From IMG/VR virus record IMGVR_UViG_3300032327_001521: DNA of 25,964 nt. One strand, written 5' to 3'. Positions 17,666-25,775 of the stretch are shown here, piece after piece. This DNA is from a virus (Duplodnaviria; Heunggongvirae; Uroviricota; Caudoviricetes). The notes under the pieces were generated by a model. The model was not told the origin of the DNA and made no database searches. It worked only from the letters and a program-made list of their open reading frames with translations. Within the stretch, counting starts at the first letter, position 1. Every line of letters starts with the position of its first letter. A program made the position numbers and the translations under genes.

Positions 17666-17926
17666 TTACATTTTTAAGATCTTTACGGTCAAGTTGCCGG
17701 TTCCTTTTATTAGACGATGCCACTGGTGTCTTGCAATATTGATTTTGCCAACAATTTCTCTAGGCAGCTCATCTTCAAGTTGAATTAACCAGTCTGTCTT
17801 GTCAACCGATTCAATGATTCGGTCTTCATCATCTCGATGCCACATAAGCTCAATTGGATCAATATTCTCTGAAAAGATCCGAATGACATCACTATCGACT
17901 TGATTTTCAGTATAGGGTAGAGTCAT
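17666..17926 (-). CDS. Small cupin-like protein
   Basis: ELMWHRDDEDR ... INIARHQWHRLIKG cupin-type His pattern. Confidence 0.6.
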   Translation of the reverse strand: MTLPYTENQVDSDVIRIFSENIDPIELMWHRDDEDRIIESVDKTDWLIQLEDELPREIVGKINIARHQWHRLIKGTGNLTVKILKM

Positions 17927-18423
17927 TACCCTCGAACCTTTTTTGCAAGATCTTTATCTGCCTTACCCCAAGTACCTGAAGATTTGGTTACAAATGAATT
18001 TACTCGAGCATGGGCCCATGCCTCTTGGCTTTGGCCCGGTCTGTGCCCAGTTTTCCAAGCAGCCATACCTCGGTTAAAGACCTGCTTAAGAACGCCTAGT
18101 GGCATCTTGTACTTTTCGGCCTTTTTCTTTAGCGATGTCACAGCAGCAGCACTCATTTCATTTACGGCTTCCCAGTCCGAAAACTTAAGAACTGTTGATT
18201 CACTTAGGTCCTGATTGACCTTTTTGGTAGCCGCGCTCTGCACCCTAGCCCCTTTAAATTTACCAGCCTTGTCCAGGTCTCCAGCCATTGGCTTATATGC
18301 AGTAGGGTCAGAGTCCTTCATTTTAGCCTGACTCTTCATCTGCTTTTCCTTTTTGTTCTTTTGTTCAGCCGATAGACCCTTAAAATACGGTCCAGATCTG
18401 CCAGTTACCTTTGCTTCTTTCAT
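17926..18423 (-). CDS. Basic virion-type protein resembling DUF5824; true start likely ATG 18423 (MKEAK...)
   Basis: LKQVFNRGMAAWKTGHRPGQSQEAWAHARVNSF motif; ATG directly follows the upstream stop at 18425, which removes the overlap in the ORF track. Confidence 0.72.
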   Translation of the reverse strand: MKEAKVTGRSGPYFKGLSAEQKNKKEKQMKSQAKMKDSDPTAYKPMAGDLDKAGKFKGARVQSAATKKVNQDLSESTVLKFSDWEAVNEMSAAAVTSLKKKAEKYKMPLGVLKQVFNRGMAAWKTGHRPGQSQEAWAHARVNSFVTKSSGTWGKADKDLAKKVRG

Positions 18424-18424
18424 A

Positions 18425-18973
18425 TTACCAAAATCCAGGATATGTTTTTCCGCCCCATAGATGAGCGTATCTATTGATTCTGCATGCCCAATAGCCGGCT
18501 TTTGTCTTGTCCTTTTTAAGATGACATTGATGGCGAGCCGCAAATGAGGCTCTAGCCTTGGAGTTGCTCACCTTTGCCGTAAGACCTCCATGTACATCGC
18601 CAAATGAAATCTTTTTGATATTTCCCGTTTTGGGATCCTTTATGTATACATGATACTTTTTAAGACCGCCACGCTGAGGATATCCAAGTTTGACCTCTTT
18701 ATTGTGATACTTTGCTTCAGTTAACTCTTCAATTGGAAAGTCTAACGGTACAACTGTACCCTCATAAAGACCGCTCTTACCTAATTCTGTTTCAATAAAC
18801 AGGATCTGGTCTATCCCGGTAAAACCCATTTCGCCTTGGTCAAATTTATATCGGGCCTCGGCTAGTAATTGAATGTGAGCTAGGCTGCCTGGCCTAAAAA
18901 TAGACTCAGCAACGGATAGCCCACGATCAATGTGGTATTGCAGGTTTTCAGATATTAACGTAAGACTTTTCAT
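18425..18973 (-). CDS. Hypothetical phage protein with basic C-terminal domain (KKISFGD...SFAARHQC...AGYWAC)
   Basis: Intact ORF in operon; ISE/LTE candidate cleavage sites separate an acidic N-part from a basic C-part. Confidence 0.75.
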   Translation of the reverse strand: MKSLTLISENLQYHIDRGLSVAESIFRPGSLAHIQLLAEARYKFDQGEMGFTGIDQILFIETELGKSGLYEGTVVPLDFPIEELTEAKYHNKEVKLGYPQRGGLKKYHVYIKDPKTGNIKKISFGDVHGGLTAKVSNSKARASFAARHQCHLKKDKTKAGYWACRINRYAHLWGGKTYPGFW

Positions 18974-18982
18974 ACTAATCTT

Positions 18983-19408
18983 TTATTGAATGTTTCCTCC
19001 GCATTCGCACATCATGTCTTCATTGCACTCAGCCTCTTCGTACATGGTACCGCACTCATTACATGTATAACCTTCTGACATTGTCATTTGGTGATCCTGC
19101 TCATTGTGATCCATAGAGCCTTCACCTAATTCATTGATTAGAAAGTTTGCAACCTCTTCAATGTCATCTTTAGACGTAGCAATATGGTCAACTGCCCAAT
19201 TGTGGCCATCTTTAAGAATTGAGTCCACTTCATTGGGATCCATTTCAAGAATAATGCCCGTTAATCTATGGATTGTTTCAATATTACCAAAGAACATATA
19301 GTTCTCAGCTCTATGATCATCGTGATCTACTTCCAAATGCGGCTCATCATGGCCAGCTACAAAATCATCAAAATTAAAACCTTCAAATGTTTTTACAAGT
19401 TGTTTCAT
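18983..19408 (-). CDS. Hypothetical acidic protein with CTS-like N-terminus and C-terminal Cys cluster
   Basis: MKQLVKTFEGF start; NYMFF, GHNWAVDH; CNECG...C...CECGG. Confidence 0.75.
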   Translation of the reverse strand: MKQLVKTFEGFNFDDFVAGHDEPHLEVDHDDHRAENYMFFGNIETIHRLTGIILEMDPNEVDSILKDGHNWAVDHIATSKDDIEEVANFLINELGEGSMDHNEQDHQMTMSEGYTCNECGTMYEEAECNEDMMCECGGNIQ

Positions 19409-19417
19409 TCTATTTTA

Positions 19418-20941
19418 TTATTTTAGGAACCTGTTGACAAAATCATTAAACTCAAGCACGCGCTTGTCCTTTTTGTCATTTTTCTTTTTGCGAGGTGGAT
19501 TAAAGTTATCGCCTGACCCAATTGAAGTTGGGGTTGGGGCAACAATTGCTCCCATTCCACCAATTGATCCAGGGGCTTGTGCTGATAGACCTGGTGCAAC
19601 TGCGTCCTCAAATGTTGCACCTTTCTTTTTATCAATTACCTCAGTATTTGGAATAAACATTCTGGATATTGCATCGGCCTTCATCTCACCTTCTCGACCT
19701 TTTAAGAGTCGACCGGTTGCTTTAGCTGCGGTATTTAAAGTTTTTGCATAGATATCATGAACCCGCTTGCCTAAATCAGCCCAAGCCTGTCCAGCTGGAG
19801 TAATTGGTGCGCCTGCGCCGCTTAGAAATAGGTCAAGTAACGACTGCATGCCTTTTCGGAGTTTCATTACAGTAGACTCATCCGCTATCTGCTTGCCAGT
19901 TACTGGTAGCTCAACTTTCTCATATAGCTTAAGCTTGACATTAAAGTCAAAGTGAATGCCTTTGGCTCGGTCAACCTGAATTGACTTGTCCTGTATGCGC
20001 TTTAATATGACTGCCTCAGCCTGATCAACTAGAGTATTCATGTACTTAATTGTTTCAGGTCTAGACTCAACTCTAACCTTGGAAGAACCATGTAGAGCAT
20101 TGATCTTGGACCGAATGTCTGCAATCTCAGTTTCAAACTCCTTTTGTGTAGTAAATGTTGTGTAGTTGAGTTTCACAATTCGATTTAGCAGAACAGCCTC
20201 TTCTCTATCAAATCCACCGGCTTTACTTATTTCAGCAAAGGCCTCATCTCCAATATTTGACTTTATCTTATCTTCATGATAGGATTCATCCCTGCTAATC
20301 TGTTCCTGTGTTTCATCAGGTAAGTTAGTAGCAATCTGTTCAATTAGATCAAATCGACGAAGAATCTCTGCGGCCTGAGCCTTTTTTTCAACTGGATCAG
20401 CCGTTTGGCTCTCAACTACGGCTAACGATTTCTTATTTTGCTGTGCAGCCGCAGCCAGTGGTGTCTCGTACGATTTTATAAACAGGTCTTTGATACTCTC
20501 AATTTGAGATGATATTGACTCCGCTAACCGCTTAAGCTCCTCATTTTCTCTAGCCTTTGCTGCTTGAAATATTTGGTCAAGTAGATCAATTCTTTTGGCA
20601 AATCTGCCCTGATCTACAACTAATTGTTGCACCTTTACGGTTGATGGGTCGGCCTGTAAAAGCTCGTCAGTTAGAGCTTGGGTTATTTGAGCAAGTCTTT
20701 CTTGACAATATTTAAGGTATGTTGCAACGGTTTCAGCACGCTCAATTAAAAATTGGTCTTCATATATATCGGTAGGAATTGCTCTATCCACAAATCCATC
20801 AAGTAACTCGTTATACATTTCATTTTCAGTAGGCTTAGTATTAGTATCTTCATCAGAGTTTTGATCGCCAGTTGCAATTAGGTTGGCCTCAGCAATGAGG
20901 TCCTCCAAATACTTAAACCGCTTTACCTTTATGAACGACAT
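19418..20941 (-). CDS. Helical putative internal head protein with capsid-arm-like C-terminal segment; true start likely ATG 20941 (MSFIKVKRF...)
   Basis: ATG directly follows the upstream stop at 20943; LIAE candidate cleavage site; C-terminal APGLSAQAPGSIGGMGAIVAPT...GSGDNF matches the capsid N-arm. Confidence 0.78.
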   Translation of the reverse strand: MSFIKVKRFKYLEDLIAEANLIATGDQNSDEDTNTKPTENEMYNELLDGFVDRAIPTDIYEDQFLIERAETVATYLKYCQERLAQITQALTDELLQADPSTVKVQQLVVDQGRFAKRIDLLDQIFQAAKARENEELKRLAESISSQIESIKDLFIKSYETPLAAAAQQNKKSLAVVESQTADPVEKKAQAAEILRRFDLIEQIATNLPDETQEQISRDESYHEDKIKSNIGDEAFAEISKAGGFDREEAVLLNRIVKLNYTTFTTQKEFETEIADIRSKINALHGSSKVRVESRPETIKYMNTLVDQAEAVILKRIQDKSIQVDRAKGIHFDFNVKLKLYEKVELPVTGKQIADESTVMKLRKGMQSLLDLFLSGAGAPITPAGQAWADLGKRVHDIYAKTLNTAAKATGRLLKGREGEMKADAISRMFIPNTEVIDKKKGATFEDAVAPGLSAQAPGSIGGMGAIVAPTPTSIGSGDNFNPPRKKKNDKKDKRVLEFNDFVNRFLK

Positions 20942-20942
20942 C

Positions 20943-21362
20943 TTATTTAAGTTGCAATAGGTATTGAACCTTGTTTTTAAGATCTGTGATTCCATCTGCT
21001 AGGTTAAATAGTTCAGAATCTTTTTCTCGATCAAATAGCTTACAGAAATTTTCAGTTAAAGCCTCGTCTACCAGATCAAAAAATACCTGGCGAGCCATGC
21101 TATAGTCGTAAATTTGAATTGAGGCTTGGCCAAATTGCAGTTGATCTTTGCCATACTTACCAGCAATGGACTCAATAAGAGTGTCCATCTGCTCAATAAA
21201 CTCTTCATAGAACATGCCAAAATGACGGTGCTCAGTGTCTAAACCGGTCTGCCAGTGTAGAATTTTAGCCTGGTCAGCAATCTGCATTAGTGATAGCATA
21301 AAATAGGCAATTGAGACATCTTGGCCTCCTTGTGGTTCTGTTAGGTCATCTAGTCCAAACAT
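20943..21362 (-). CDS. Ferritin/Dps-like four-helix protein (DUF5856-like)
   Basis: KILHWQT...EHRHFGMFYEEFIEQMDTLIESIAGKYG...ELFNLAD...NKVQYLL. Confidence 0.8.
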   Translation of the reverse strand: MFGLDDLTEPQGGQDVSIAYFMLSLMQIADQAKILHWQTGLDTEHRHFGMFYEEFIEQMDTLIESIAGKYGKDQLQFGQASIQIYDYSMARQVFFDLVDEALTENFCKLFDREKDSELFNLADGITDLKNKVQYLLQLK

Positions 21363-21544
21363 TATGATTTACGTAATTTTTGTTTCTTTTCCCAGGACTT
21401 AAACGGCGTCACCCAAAAGTTTCGTTCAATATTCTTCTTGAGATAGTTGTATACATCATTTCCGGTAGGGTGTTGCATCACCGCATTCTGTAAAGGCTCT
21501 TTGCCCTTTGCCCAATTTTGAACGTTTTTGTGTGTTGCTTCCAT
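21362..21544 (-). CDS. Small hypothetical protein (60 aa)
   Basis: ATG 8 nt after promoter motif; stop overlaps next ATG (TAATG). Confidence 0.7.
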   Translation of the reverse strand: MEATHKNVQNWAKGKEPLQNAVMQHPTGNDVYNYLKKNIERNFWVTPFKSWEKKQKLRKS

Positions 21545-21551
21545 AGGTATA

Positions 21552-21560
21552 GTTATTTAT
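21552..21560 (-). promoter_or_regulatory. Putative late promoter ATAAATAAC
   Basis: Intergenic, right after the terminator and just before ATG 21544. Confidence 0.62.
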
Positions 21561-21565
21561 TAACG

Positions 21566-21591
21566 AAAAAAGGATCGCTTTTGGCGATCCT
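21566..21591 (-). terminator. Rho-independent terminator after 946-aa gene
   Basis: Minus strand AGGATCGC-CAAAA-GCGATCCT followed by TTTTT. Confidence 0.85.
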
Positions 21592-21615
21592 CACATAATA
21601 TGGGTTAGGGTAAGA

Positions 21616-24456
21616 CTAATACTCTTCAATAGTGTCCTCTAGATCTTCTTCAAGTTCTTCATTTAGCCCTGCTGTGACTAAGTTACACCTAGGAACAGAA
21701 TCTGATGCAAGTTTAAATGCAAGCTTACCATCCTCAACTGCTGTTTTAAATTCATCAGCTGTTTCAATTAGGCTATACCTATCTCGATCAAGGCCTATAA
21801 ACATAAGGCTTTTGCCCTTTCCGAGAGTCTTTAAGTACTCCATGCCTAGTGCAATACCTATTGACTTGTTTATTAAGACTGCACTGCTCCAATCAATTTC
21901 ATCAGATGATTTGAATAGACCAGGGTACAGATCACTTATAAAATCAAATGCCATTTCTCTTGCTTCTGGGTCGGTGTCTGGTGAAACAGCAAATAGCATC
22001 TTTGCCCACGGTCCGCCAGTCTTAACATCAAGTATGTCACCATACCTGTCAATTAGGGCTTGACCTGCTTTTGATTTAAACATTGCCTCCTTTTTTGCTC
22101 TTGATGAATATGCTGCACTTGCGAGCTGCGCGCCACTCTTACTACTCATCTTAACCTCAATTAGTTGAGATTCAATATAGACGTCCCCATTTTTATCTTG
22201 AGTATTAATGCGACCGTCTTTTAAGAAAACTGCAATTGGGATTTCGCCTGGCCCCATTGATACATTTGATCGAGTATCAGTCAATGCCATAATCTCGTCT
22301 TTTAATTCATCACTAATTGGGACCTCACTAAATAGCTCACTCAGCGACCCTTTAGAGGTAAGGTCGTCTAGTGTAACAGTTGGATTTTCTAAATAGTCAA
22401 GCAGTTCATCTTCTTGACCTAGCACCTTTGCATCATGAATAATTGACTTAACTGAATTAATTGGAATATTCTTGTCAGTTAGGAGAGATTTAATCCCCTT
22501 ATCTGATTTACGTGATGAGTGCTTTGCCTGTTTTAATAGAGCTGAAATTACAGCCTTGCTCAGGTTAGGTAGGATCCTGGTCAATTCATCAATATCAGGC
22601 GCAGTCTCTACTGCACTGTCTGTCTCGACCGACTCATTGAGCTTCTTGCTAACATCACGATTTAAGTTAAAGAACTCGGAATGAATTGGAGCAGGCGTAT
22701 TGGCCTTAAATCCAATATAGTCGCCATTACGAATTGAATCCATAATAGATGTTTTGGTTAAACTAACCGGCAATTCAATTAGTTTAAGATCCTTTCTAAA
22801 ATTTAGGTCTCTTGACCGTTTTTTAGCCAGTTCCATCTGCATTGCAATATCCTTTACTCGGCTCTTTGTTCCAGCTATTACAACTGGTTCAAAATCTGGC
22901 TTTACTGCTCGGAGAAGGCTTTCAACCTCGCCATCTGCTACAACCCTGTGGCCAACCATTGTACTTGGATTATGACCAGTTAACTTGGTTAGGCAATTTT
23001 CAAGTGTGCCCTTTGCAATTGGCTTGCCTTTTGTGGTTTTACCATTGTGCACGCAAATGAGTAAACTTGGAAAACCGTTTGACTCAGATAACTTTTGGGC
23101 AGCTTTAACATGACCTGGGTGAATTGGCTGAAAGTCAGAAACAATTAGGTTTACACGCTTAACCGCTCTCTCCTTTTCAGGCACATTTGCAAATGTCTCA
23201 AAGTATCCCGGCTCATCACTGTCTCCAACAAATTCATTAAATGTCGGAAAGTAATTTTCAAATACGGCATCTCCCATTATTACTTTGCTAATTTTATCAA
23301 TCTGTGCATTGAGGTTGTCCTTCATCTGCTTGGTAAACAGTGTTGAATTTACCCGAGTCTTCTTTTTACGAAAAACATTTAGTAAAATTCGATAGATCTC
23401 CTTGAAATTTGTATTGGACTCAATTGTTTTTATAACCTTTGGGTTCTTAACCAGATCAAAGTTAACTCCAAACTCAGCACGTGTCAAGAATTCCGGTATT
23501 TGGATATCCAGGTCAGAGTATTTTTCACCAAATTCTGAAATAAAATCCTGGTAGATATGGTTAATTAGAGAAATATACTTCTCCTCATATGAATTGCCGC
23601 TTAGCTTAATATCACGAAGCTCAGCAATTGAATACCTCTCAATAAAATTCATTAGGTCAATTGCAATAATCCAAATATAATCATCTGACTTTTTCTGGAC
23701 CTGATCCTTGGCCTTTTCTTTGGCCCTTGCTTGAAAGACTGGATCAACCAGTTTAGCTAAGAATACTGAATCCTCGTCATCTGAGTTTGGATCATAAAAC
23801 CTAAATACTAGACCCTCGATATCCTTGTCCAGCGTATCTCTAAGAAACGAGGCCCGCATGTCTGGATTAAGGACTGACATAATATATCGAGTAAAAGATG
23901 AGGTCTTAAATTTATCAATCAGCTCTTCAGCTGGCGTGTACGCAAACTCTTGTATCTTTTCTTTTTGAGCGGATGACAGTTTGCCTTGAAAAACAATAGG
24001 CGGCCGCTCTATTTCAAGTAGATCAGCCCATTTATCAAGGGTTCCTTTATCTTGAATGGTTTCAGCAATTTCACCTTTTTCATCAAGCACGTGAATATAG
24101 CTCAGGATTAAGCCGTTTTTAGGTAGTCGATCATATGCTATGGTCTGAGCCTTTGGGCTAGTAAACCATTCCATACCAAAATGGTAGTTTTCAGGAATTT
24201 GCTCTACTGTATCAGGCCCAAGATTCTCAAAATGACGTATAGCCGGTTCGAAGTAACGACTGAGAACACGATCAATGTACGTAATCTCAGCATTACGCTT
24301 AAAAAAACGAAATTTACCCGTTTCGGAATCCTTCTGTGCACCAAAGAAGGCTCCATCCATCTTTTCATTGACAATTACTGTTTTATTTAGTAGACCTGTT
24401 AAGAAGTCTTTTCCGCGTTTATCATAAACGTCTCGTAAGTGTGATAGTCCTGGCAT
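21616..24456 (-). CDS. Multidomain protein: RNA-ligase-like nucleotidyltransferase + HxGH cytidylyltransferase-like domain + PD-(D/E)xK nuclease-like domain
   Basis: Ligase motifs I VNEKMDG, III GMEW, IV IEGLV, V LAKLV; FQPIHPGH (HxGH); MGPGE...GDVYIESQLIEVK; acidic tail. Confidence 0.72.
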   Translation of the reverse strand: MPGLSHLRDVYDKRGKDFLTGLLNKTVIVNEKMDGAFFGAQKDSETGKFRFFKRNAEITYIDRVLSRYFEPAIRHFENLGPDTVEQIPENYHFGMEWFTSPKAQTIAYDRLPKNGLILSYIHVLDEKGEIAETIQDKGTLDKWADLLEIERPPIVFQGKLSSAQKEKIQEFAYTPAEELIDKFKTSSFTRYIMSVLNPDMRASFLRDTLDKDIEGLVFRFYDPNSDDEDSVFLAKLVDPVFQARAKEKAKDQVQKKSDDYIWIIAIDLMNFIERYSIAELRDIKLSGNSYEEKYISLINHIYQDFISEFGEKYSDLDIQIPEFLTRAEFGVNFDLVKNPKVIKTIESNTNFKEIYRILLNVFRKKKTRVNSTLFTKQMKDNLNAQIDKISKVIMGDAVFENYFPTFNEFVGDSDEPGYFETFANVPEKERAVKRVNLIVSDFQPIHPGHVKAAQKLSESNGFPSLLICVHNGKTTKGKPIAKGTLENCLTKLTGHNPSTMVGHRVVADGEVESLLRAVKPDFEPVVIAGTKSRVKDIAMQMELAKKRSRDLNFRKDLKLIELPVSLTKTSIMDSIRNGDYIGFKANTPAPIHSEFFNLNRDVSKKLNESVETDSAVETAPDIDELTRILPNLSKAVISALLKQAKHSSRKSDKGIKSLLTDKNIPINSVKSIIHDAKVLGQEDELLDYLENPTVTLDDLTSKGSLSELFSEVPISDELKDEIMALTDTRSNVSMGPGEIPIAVFLKDGRINTQDKNGDVYIESQLIEVKMSSKSGAQLASAAYSSRAKKEAMFKSKAGQALIDRYGDILDVKTGGPWAKMLFAVSPDTDPEAREMAFDFISDLYPGLFKSSDEIDWSSAVLINKSIGIALGMEYLKTLGKGKSLMFIGLDRDRYSLIETADEFKTAVEDGKLAFKLASDSVPRCNLVTAGLNEELEEDLEDTIEEY

Positions 24457-24466
24457 AGTTATTTGA

Positions 24467-25156
24467 TTAATCTAATGGTCCGTATTCTCCGCTCGCTATT
24501 CGGTCACCTAATCGAATAGATTCTGCCGAGCTTGCAGATATCTGCAATGTTGTAATCAACTGACAGTATTCCGGGTTTTCAGTCAAAAATTTTAAAACTT
24601 CACGTGTATCATAGTCTTGATATGATCGCTTTGGAATTGCAACATACTTTTGTATGGTTGTTCGCTGGGCACTAATATCCCATAGCTTAAGTACATATTC
24701 ATCAGTTGAGTCAAGTCGATTTAACTCATCAATCATTTCCTTTATTCCATTAGCCTTTGCTTCACTTGCTTCAAGTTTTAGGTCCGCAATCTCCTCCTCA
24801 GTAAACTCTTCTAGGCCAATTTGCCTTACTAGAGCGTCACGTTCATCATACTTATTATCATATGTTAACCTGTTTAGCTTAGCCTTAATCTCAGGTGTAA
24901 GTGCTCCAATTGATATTAGTCGCCTCCATAATAAGTTAAAGAATAGAGCTTCCTCTTCTTCTATTGGAACAGATCTAGAACCAAGCAAACCGCTTGGGTA
25001 AGTTATGTACTTTAAGTTTGGACACAGCTCAATAATCTTTTCTACATCCCTAATTAATATAAAGTTTTTTGATATGAGCCCAAGTCGGTTAAGTTCATAA
25101 GCTCCATCGTTTTCATTAACGAATTTTAAAAAATCCTTGATATGGTTCATTGCCAA
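24467..25156 (-). CDS. Hypothetical protein, probable internal head protein
   Basis: N-terminus MNHIKDFLKFVNE is CTS-like; preceded by ATAAATAAC. Confidence 0.72.
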   Translation of the reverse strand: MAMNHIKDFLKFVNENDGAYELNRLGLISKNFILIRDVEKIIELCPNLKYITYPSGLLGSRSVPIEEEEALFFNLLWRRLISIGALTPEIKAKLNRLTYDNKYDERDALVRQIGLEEFTEEEIADLKLEASEAKANGIKEMIDELNRLDSTDEYVLKLWDISAQRTTIQKYVAIPKRSYQDYDTREVLKFLTENPEYCQLITTLQISASSAESIRLGDRIASGEYGPLD

Positions 25157-25165
25157 TTCTTTCTT

Positions 25166-25174
25166 GTTATTTAT
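25166..25174 (-). promoter_or_regulatory. Putative late promoter ATAAATAAC
   Basis: Overlaps the kinase stop, 10 nt upstream of ATG 25156. Confidence 0.55.
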
Positions 25175-25775
25175 TAGGCTTAATGCCTAAAAGTCCATAA
25201 CAAGCGGCCTTAAACAGGTCAACTGAGGCCTGATCAAATTTGTTTTGAACAATTGTTCCATCGTTTAATCGTTCACTGCTGCCTATTAGATCAAATCCTA
25301 AACTAAAGAAATGGCTAAGATGATCTGTTTCTTGCACAGTAGAATGAGCTCCATCCCAAGTATCCTTGACGCGGGTTGTATCCGCTGTCTGTCGATCAAC
25401 TGTAACATACAGGGTTTTGCAATTCTTGAATAGGCTAGACTCAAGCACCTTCATATACTCTTGGCCAGCCGCTTCAAGATCTAATCGCTTTCTAAGAACT
25501 GCCCAAGTATAGGCTGAGATTAGGGCTCTATCAAATAGCCAAATCTTGTCCTTATACTCTGGTCGCTGATTCATTTCGAGAATTGTCATAATATTGCCTA
25601 GGCTATAATAGTGCAGGCTTGGATCAGAATCACGAGCAGCAAGGCCTAGCCACTTTACATGATCAGCAAAGTAAAATTTGTAGTACTCAAGACGCGGGTC
25701 CTGGCACTCTTCGAGAAACTGATTAATTAGAAAAGTTTTGCCGCAACCGCGAGGCCCTTCAATAAAGAGGATCAT
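25167..25775 (-). CDS. P-loop kinase, thymidylate/dNMP-kinase-like
   Basis: ILFIEGPRGCGKT Walker A; LFDRA (DR motif of TMPK-like kinases). Confidence 0.78.
   Translation of the reverse strand: MILFIEGPRGCGKTFLINQFLEECQDPRLEYYKFYFADHVKWLGLAARDSDPSLHYYSLGNIMTILEMNQRPEYKDKIWLFDRALISAYTWAVLRKRLDLEAAGQEYMKVLESSLFKNCKTLYVTVDRQTADTTRVKDTWDGAHSTVQETDHLSHFFSLGFDLIGSSERLNDGTIVQNKFDQASVDLFKAACYGLLGIKPNK

Noticed and set aside
18424-18543. N-terminal extension of the 17926-18543 ORF
   Set aside because: Overlaps the upstream gene by about 120 nt; ATG 18423 right after the upstream stop is more plausible
20942-20995. N-terminal extension of the 19418-20995 ORF
   Set aside because: Overlaps the Dps-like gene; ATG 20941 follows its stop directly
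21553-21618. Possible TAG-to-Gln recoding as in some large gut phages
   Set aside because: Genes are intact and dense under the standard code; this TAG is followed by a terminator, consistent with a true stop
173-25001. Short ORF-track entries overlapping long genes (e.g. 173-574, 2500-2700, 11327-11641, 15196-15591, 19434-19751, 21632-22063, 24654-25001)
   Set aside because: Antisense or alternate-frame shadows of well-supported genes, with no motifs or independent signals; 11327-11641 just mirrors the Pro-rich repeat
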